From NCBI RefSeq assembly GCF_000175255.2, contig NC_017262.1, forward strand, positions 90,001-122,000: a DNA stretch of 32,000 nucleotides. The letters run 5' to 3'. The notes below the pieces were generated by a model that saw nothing but the letters and a program-made list of their open reading frames with translations, searched no databases and was not told the DNA's origin. Positions 27,012 through 32,000 of the stretch are shown here, piece after piece. A program made the position numbers and the translations under genes. The first letter of the stretch is position 1. Every line of letters begins with the position of its first letter. This stretch comes from Zymomonas mobilis subsp. mobilis ATCC 10988 (GTDB lineage Bacteria; Pseudomonadota; Alphaproteobacteria; Sphingomonadales; Sphingomonadaceae).

Positions 27012-27674
27012 ATGATAGCGCAACAGACATTATTAGACCATAACCCCGAAACAGGACAAAATATCATAATGGAAGAAATACAAGATCTGGCGGTTATGCG
27101 CCCGGATCAGGTCAATGTGCCGGAAGAAATACAGGAAGCCATTCGCAGCCTTATCCGTTGGGCGGGTGATGATCCTGATCGGGAAGGCCTGATTGATACG
27201 CCAAAGCGGGTTGCCAAGGCATGGAAATATTATTGTCGGGGGTATCGGGAAGACCCTGAAAACCATTTAAAAACCGTTTTTGAAGAAGTCGGCGGCTATG
27301 ACGATATTGTGCTGCTGAAAGATATTCCTTTCTATTCGCATTGCGAACATCATATGGCGCCGATTATGGGGCATGCCCATATCGCCTATTTGCCGGATAA
27401 AAAGGTTGTTGGCCTGTCAAAACTGGCGCGGGTGCTGAAAGGGTATGCCCATCGCTTGCAAATACAGGAAAGGCTGACAGCACAGGTGGCCGATTGTATC
27501 TGGAATAATCTGCGCCCACGCGGTGTTGCGGTGGTTATTTCTGCGGTGCATAGTTGTATGGCCGCGCGTGGGGTCGAAACCCCCAATGTCCAGACCGTCA
27601 CCAAAACGCTGCGCGGTATTTACAGCGAAGACCCTGAACAGGCCAAAATGATCCTTAATCTTATGGGTGTGTAA
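27012..27674 (+). CDS. folE: GTP cyclohydrolase I (FolE type I)
   Basis: The zinc and active-site block is FYSHCEHHMAPIMG, with ...HRLQIQERLT... and SCMAARGV also present. Confidence 0.95.
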   Translation: MIAQQTLLDHNPETGQNIIMEEIQDLAVMRPDQVNVPEEIQEAIRSLIRWAGDDPDREGLIDTPKRVAKAWKYYCRGYREDPENHLKTVFEEVGGYDDIVLLKDIPFYSHCEHHMAPIMGHAHIAYLPDKKVVGLSKLARVLKGYAHRLQIQERLTAQVADCIWNNLRPRGVAVVISAVHSCMAARGVETPNVQTVTKTLRGIYSEDPEQAKMILNLMGV

Positions 27675-27761
27675 TCCAGATCAAGGTTAATGGTAAAATT
27701 TACCGTTTTCCGGTGGAAATGGTGTTATGACCAAAGATGAACTAGCTATCTGGAAAAGATT

Positions 27762-28757
27762 ATGACAGCGACCCGTAGCCTTTCTATTATGGGTGAAAGC
27801 CTACCGCTGAAAACCCCCTTCAGGATTTCGCGGGGCGTTAAAAATACGATTGATACGATCGTCGCCAATATCAGTGAAAGCGGCGTCACTGGACGAGGGG
27901 AGGGCATTCCTTATCCACGTTACGGTCAGACGGTTGAAAGCGCATTGATAGAGGCCAATTCGGTCAGCCATAAGATAACCGAGCATTATGGACGGGAAGC
28001 CTTGCTAACATTGCTTCCACCTGGGCCCGCCCGCAATGCGCTGGATTGTGCTTTATGGGATATTGAAGCGCGAATTTCAGGGCAAAGCGTTGCCAGTATG
28101 ATGGGGATAGCCAAGCTGGAGCCACTGGCCACTGCCGTGACAATCAGCCTTGATGAACCTGAGGTCATGGCAAAAGCGGCGGCAAAGCTGGCTTATTGTC
28201 CGGTAATCAAAGTCAAGGTGGATGAGCATAATCCAGAAGACTGCATCAAGGCCGTGCGAGATCAGGCACCCAAAGCACGGCTGATTGTTGATCCTAATGA
28301 AAGCTGGTCTTTCGATTTGCTCGACAAGATGCAGAATTTTCTAGCTGATGCGCGTGTCGCTTTATTGGAACAACCGCTTGCGGCGGGCGCTGATGAGGCG
28401 TTGAAAGGCTTTTCACCGGCTGTACCGATCTGCGCGGATGAAGTCTTCCATTCGGCGGATGATCTCGATCATATTGCTGACCGTTATCAGGTCATCAATA
28501 TCAAATTAGACAAGACCGGCGGCTTGACTGCTGCCATCGACATTATGAAACAAGCGCGCAGCCTTAATCTTAGCATTATGGTTGGCTGTATGGTTTGTTC
28601 GTCTTTGTCACTGGCACCCGCCTTCCATCTAGCCGCACAGGCTGATTTTGTTGATCTCGACGGTGCCGATTGGCTTGTTCATGACCGTAATGACGGGATG
28701 TTACTTGATAACGGGATTTTACATCCACCTTCTGCTACTTTTTGGGGTGGGCCTTAA
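27762..28757 (+). CDS. Enolase-superfamily enzyme, dipeptide (L-Ala-D/L-Glu) epimerase / muconate-cycloisomerase-like
   Basis: KxK base in VIKVKVD. Metal ligands lie in IVDPNESW, LLEQPL and ICADEV. The second base is in INIKLDKTGG. The pattern is that of the MLE subgroup, and substrate specificity cannot be read from the sequence alone. Confidence 0.8.
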   Translation: MTATRSLSIMGESLPLKTPFRISRGVKNTIDTIVANISESGVTGRGEGIPYPRYGQTVESALIEANSVSHKITEHYGREALLTLLPPGPARNALDCALWDIEARISGQSVASMMGIAKLEPLATAVTISLDEPEVMAKAAAKLAYCPVIKVKVDEHNPEDCIKAVRDQAPKARLIVDPNESWSFDLLDKMQNFLADARVALLEQPLAAGADEALKGFSPAVPICADEVFHSADDLDHIADRYQVINIKLDKTGGLTAAIDIMKQARSLNLSIMVGCMVCSSLSLAPAFHLAAQADFVDLDGADWLVHDRNDGMLLDNGILHPPSATFWGGP

Positions 28758-28782
28758 ATAAAAACCATTTCACTCGGACAAT

Positions 28783-28816
28783 AAAAAAGCCGCCTGAAAA
28801 CAGGCGGCTTTTTTTT
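28783..28816. terminator. Bidirectional rho-independent terminator (epimerase gene and rplI converge)
   Basis: A-run, AAGCCGCCTG, loop AAAA, CAGGCGGCTT, then T8. Confidence 0.85.
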
Positions 28817-28836
28817 GCAAAAACAACGGTAAAAAA

Positions 28837-29466
28837 TCAGAGAGATTCTTCGCTGTTGGTTTCTGCATTGTCGTCGGCATCTGCAACAGCTTCTTCAGCT
28901 TCGGTTGCAAGACCCGGTTCGGCATTGGGATCATAGTCTTCGGTGAAGCTTGCGCCATCACGTTCAAACATCTGATTCATAACATCAACGCCTTCAGCCT
29001 GAAGTTCAGCTTCTTCAGGTGAACGAGCAACGTTGACTTTGATCTTAACCGCAACTTCCGGATGCAAGACAACGCGGACTTCAGAAATACCGATGGACTT
29101 GATCGGGCGATCAAGAACAATCTGGTTTTTCGCCACTTTGGCTTCCGGTTTAGCTTCGACAATAGCATCAGCCAAATCGCGAGCAGAAACGGAACCATAA
29201 AGATGGCCGGTGTTAGAAGCCTGACGAATCAGGGTAACGGTCAGACCGTTAACGACTTCAGATTCTTTTTCTGCATCCGTGCGACGAGCCGCATTATCGG
29301 CTTCGATCTGGGCGCGGTTAGCTTCGAAAATTTTGCGGTTGGCTTCGTTAGCGCGCAAAGCCTTCTTGCGGGGAAGAAGGAAGTTACGGGCATAACCGTT
29401 TTTCACGGCAACAACGTCACCGATATGACCAAGTTTCTCGATACGTTCGAGCAGGATAACATCCAT
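28837..29466 (-). CDS. rplI: 50S ribosomal protein L9 with an acidic C-terminal extension
   Basis: MDVILLERIEKLGHIGDVVAVKNGYARNFLLPRKKALRA... is canonical L9, followed by about 60 extra Asp/Glu-rich residues. Confidence 0.95.
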   Translation of the reverse strand: MDVILLERIEKLGHIGDVVAVKNGYARNFLLPRKKALRANEANRKIFEANRAQIEADNAARRTDAEKESEVVNGLTVTLIRQASNTGHLYGSVSARDLADAIVEAKPEAKVAKNQIVLDRPIKSIGISEVRVVLHPEVAVKIKVNVARSPEEAELQAEGVDVMNQMFERDGASFTEDYDPNAEPGLATEAEEAVADADDNAETNSEESL

Positions 29467-29480
29467 GGATCGGGCGCTCC

Positions 29481-29705
29481 TTACTTAACGATGAAGGGCA
29501 GAAGCCCGATGTGACGGGCGCGCTTGATGGCGCGAGCCAGTTCGCGCTGTTTTTTTGCAGAAACAGCAGTGATACGACTGGGAACGATTTTGCCCCGTTC
29601 AGAAACAAAGCCCTGAAGAAGACGAACATCTTTATAGTCGATCTTCGGCGCATCTTTAGCGGCGAAAGGGCAGCTTTTGCGGCGACGGAAGAAAGGACGT
29701 GCCAT
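29481..29705 (-). CDS. rpsR: 30S ribosomal protein S18
   Basis: [14 protein letters not shown]...[50 protein letters not shown]. Confidence 0.95.
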   Translation of the reverse strand: MARPFFRRRKSCPFAAKDAPKIDYKDVRLLQGFVSERGKIVPSRITAVSAKKQRELARAIKRARHIGLLPFIVK

Positions 29706-29725
29706 AGTATTTTTTCCTTTCAGGC

Positions 29726-30100
29726 TTAGGCTGCGTCACGATCGCGGCGACGATCGCTGCGGTTTGAACGGTCGCGATCACCCCGACGCATCATAGCCGA
29801 AGGGCCCTGTTCATGGGCATCGACACGGACAGTCATGTAACGGATAACGTCTTCATTCAACGCCATCTGGCGTTCCAGCTCTTGGATAGCATCAGCCGGA
29901 GCATCGATTTCCAGCATGATGTAATAGGCTTTACGGTTTTTCTGGATGCGATAAGCGAGGTTACGCAAGCCCCAGATTTCGGTCTTTACGACCTTACCGC
30001 TTTTTTCTTCGATAATAGAGGTTGCCGTAGCGGCAAGCCCATCGACCTGCGTCTGTGCAAGGTCCTGACGGGCAAGAAACACATGCTCGTAAAGAGGCAT
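29726..30100 (-). CDS. rpsF: 30S ribosomal protein S6
   Basis: [14 protein letters not shown]...[18 protein letters not shown]..., followed by an Arg/Asp-rich tail. It is the first gene of the rpsF-rpsR-rplI operon. Confidence 0.95.
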   Translation of the reverse strand: MPLYEHVFLARQDLAQTQVDGLAATATSIIEEKSGKVVKTEIWGLRNLAYRIQKNRKAYYIMLEIDAPADAIQELERQMALNEDVIRYMTVRVDAHEQGPSAMMRRGDRDRSNRSDRRRDRDAA

Positions 30101-30621
30101 CGTCTGTCCTTAAATATTGGCCGATCGCTGACGTGGCACCATGCCAACGCCCCTCCGGCTGTCGTTTACTTAATTCGGGCCATTAAAAAATAACCGCCTC
30201 AAACTAAGACGATCATTAAAAGATCATTGAATGGATAAAATCTTTTCCACTCAAAAACGCCCAGACATTTATAGGTCTGATAGGTGGGAGGCAATGCCGC
30301 ATTTCGTCCTGTTTTGCAAGATGTTTTATAAAAAGAACATAATCGCGACTATCTTTTCCAAAAGACCGGATAGGCTTCCAAATAATCGGTTTATAAAACG
30401 CAAAAGCCTTTTTCCCCGAAACAAAGCAATATTGTCAGCCATGACCAGCTGATATAAAGCCTATGGCATTATTATTTCTAAATAACGCGCTTTCCATAAA
30501 GACAGAGGAAAGACCAAGGCTTTTCGACTGCTATGGGATATTGGCTCTTGCCATCGGTTATTTTTTTTGGCTGATATTCGGCCATTCTGTTTCAAGATAA
30601 AATATATAAGGAATCTGATCC

Positions 30622-31557
30622 ATGCGTGCCTTTATCTTTCCCGGACAAGGAAGCCAGTCTGTCGGCATGGGGCAAGCGCTCGCAGATGCCAGTTTGGCGG
30701 CTCGTCATGTTTTTGAAGAAGTCGATGAGGCGCTCAAACAAAATCTATTCCGCCTGATGTCGCAAGGTCCCGAAGAAGAATTACGGCTGACCGAAAATGC
30801 CCAACCCGCGATCATGGCACATTCGATGGCCGTTCTCGCTATGCTTGAAAAAGAAGGCAATATCCGGCTGACAGATGCGGCCTCTTTTGTCGCTGGTCAC
30901 AGCCTTGGTGAATATAGCGCTTTAGCCGCCGCCGATGCTTTTAATCTCCCGACTACAGCACGCCTATTGAAAAAACGCGGTCAAGCAATGCAGGCTGCGG
31001 TTCCCGTTGGGGAAGGCGGTATGGCCGCTATTTTGGGTCTGGATTTTGAAACAGTAGAATCCATTGCGCAAGAAGCTGCCGAAAATGATATCTGCCAAGC
31101 CGCTAATGATAATGCACCGGGGCAGGTCGTTATTTCGGGAAGCTTGGCCGCTATCGAACGCGCGGTTGCCCTTGCCAAAGACAAAGGCGCAAGACGAGCG
31201 GTTATGCTCGATGTGTCTGCGCCTTTCCATTGTAGCCTGATGCAGCCCGCTGCCGATGTCATGGCCAAAGCCTTACAAGAAAATAGGCCACGTCAGCCTA
31301 TCGTTCCCGTTTTTGCCAATGTGTCGGCTACGGCTGAAACTGACCCGACAAAAATCATGAATTTACTGGTGGAACAGGTAACCGGACGGGTGCGCTGGCG
31401 TGAATCCATTGCCGCGATGGCGGCCGCTGGCGTTGAGGAATTTGTTGAATTCGGCGGCAAGGTGCTTGCCCCGATGATTAAACGGATTGCCCCTGATTGC
31501 AAAGCCACCAGCCTGATCGCACCGGCTGACATCGAAAATTTTGCTGCCAGCTTATAA
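30622..31557 (+). CDS. fabD: Malonyl-CoA:ACP transacylase
   Basis: FIFPGQGSQSVGMG, the active-site block GHSLGEYSAL, and the conserved His in SAPFHCSLM. Confidence 0.95.
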   Translation: MRAFIFPGQGSQSVGMGQALADASLAARHVFEEVDEALKQNLFRLMSQGPEEELRLTENAQPAIMAHSMAVLAMLEKEGNIRLTDAASFVAGHSLGEYSALAAADAFNLPTTARLLKKRGQAMQAAVPVGEGGMAAILGLDFETVESIAQEAAENDICQAANDNAPGQVVISGSLAAIERAVALAKDKGARRAVMLDVSAPFHCSLMQPAADVMAKALQENRPRQPIVPVFANVSATAETDPTKIMNLLVEQVTGRVRWRESIAAMAAAGVEEFVEFGGKVLAPMIKRIAPDCKATSLIAPADIENFAASL

Positions 31558-31626
31558 TTCTATAGACTTTAATCAGCCCCTCTTCTGGTTCTATACTCTA
31601 ACCAGACAGGGGGCAGGAGAAAATCA

Positions 31627-32000
31627 ATGTTTGATCTTAATGGCCTGACTGCTCTTGTGACGGGTGCCTCTGGCGGCATTGGCTCTGCCATCGCCAAAGC
31701 CTTGGCCGATCAAGGCGCACAGGTTGCCTTATCGGGTACCCGTGAATCTGCGTTAAAAGAAGTCGCGGCAATTTTACCGAATGATCCGATTATTCTTCCC
31801 GCTAATCTCGGCCAAAAAGAAGATGTCGAACAGCTTGTCCCGCGCGCTTTAGAAAAGCTCGGCAAAATTGACATTCTGGTTAATAACGCCGGTATCACGC
31901 GCGACGGTTTAATGATGCGCATGAAAGATGAAGATTGGGCGGATGTTATCGCGCTTAATCTGGAATCCGTTTTCCGTCTTAGCCGTGCCGTCATCAGACC
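31627..32000 (+). CDS. fabG: 3-oxoacyl-ACP reductase FabG, N-terminal part (runs off the window)
   Basis: Hand translation gives MFDLNGLTALVTGASGGIGSAIAKALADQGAQVALSGTR...ILVNNAGITRDGLMMRMKDEDW... It has the SDR motifs TGxxxGIG and NNAG and lies immediately downstream of fabD. It is absent from the track because no stop lies in the window. Confidence 0.9.
   Translation, partial: MFDLNGLTALVTGASGGIGSAIAKALADQGAQVALSGTRESALKEVAAILPNDPIILPANLGQKEDVEQLVPRALEKLGKIDILVNNAGITRDGLMMRMKDEDWADVIALNLESVFRLSRAVIR

Noticed and set aside
30101-30230. rpsF 5' leader as the S6:S18-binding autoregulatory RNA
   Set aside because: This is plausible on position, because such leaders are widespread upstream of rpsF. 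I could not reconstruct the conserved structure by eye, so I make no call.

Overview
This window reads as core chromosome of an alphaproteobacterium, almost certainly Zymomonas mobilis. I recognise the ADH I (adhA), D-lactate dehydrogenase (ddh) and phosphoglycerate mutase (pgm/gpmA) proteins from memory; no search was possible. Left to right it contains: the end of a sulfonate/taurine-type ABC importer; a complete cytochrome c maturation cluster ccmCDEFGHI; three tandem paralogous secreted Cys-containing proteins; a perfect 7-bp microsatellite; rpmJ; a glycine-rich exported protein coupled to an M14D-type carboxypeptidase; gpmA; ddh; adhA; zur; dxs; manC; a GT1 glycosyltransferase; tRNA-Glu; recJ; folE; an enolase-superfamily epimerase; rpsF-rpsR-rplI; and fabD-fabG. 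Two apparently identical 847-bp IS5-family (IS427-group) elements lie in inverted orientation 14.1 kb apart. The left copy sits on a deletion junction between a truncated TonB-dependent receptor gene and a truncated binding-protein gene. The right copy lies 438 bp upstream of adhA. I see no CRISPR array, prophage or recognisable defence or toxin system, and I cannot support a claim of a new multi-gene system. The least explained stretch is about 9.1-11.8 kb, which holds the paralog trio, a start-less Cys-rich open frame and the (TGCCAGA)15 repeat. The next least explained is the Gly-rich protein/carboxypeptidase pair at 12.2-14.1 kb. Three genes missing from the supplied ORF track were recovered by hand translation: ccmD, rpmJ and the edge-truncated ABC ATPase.
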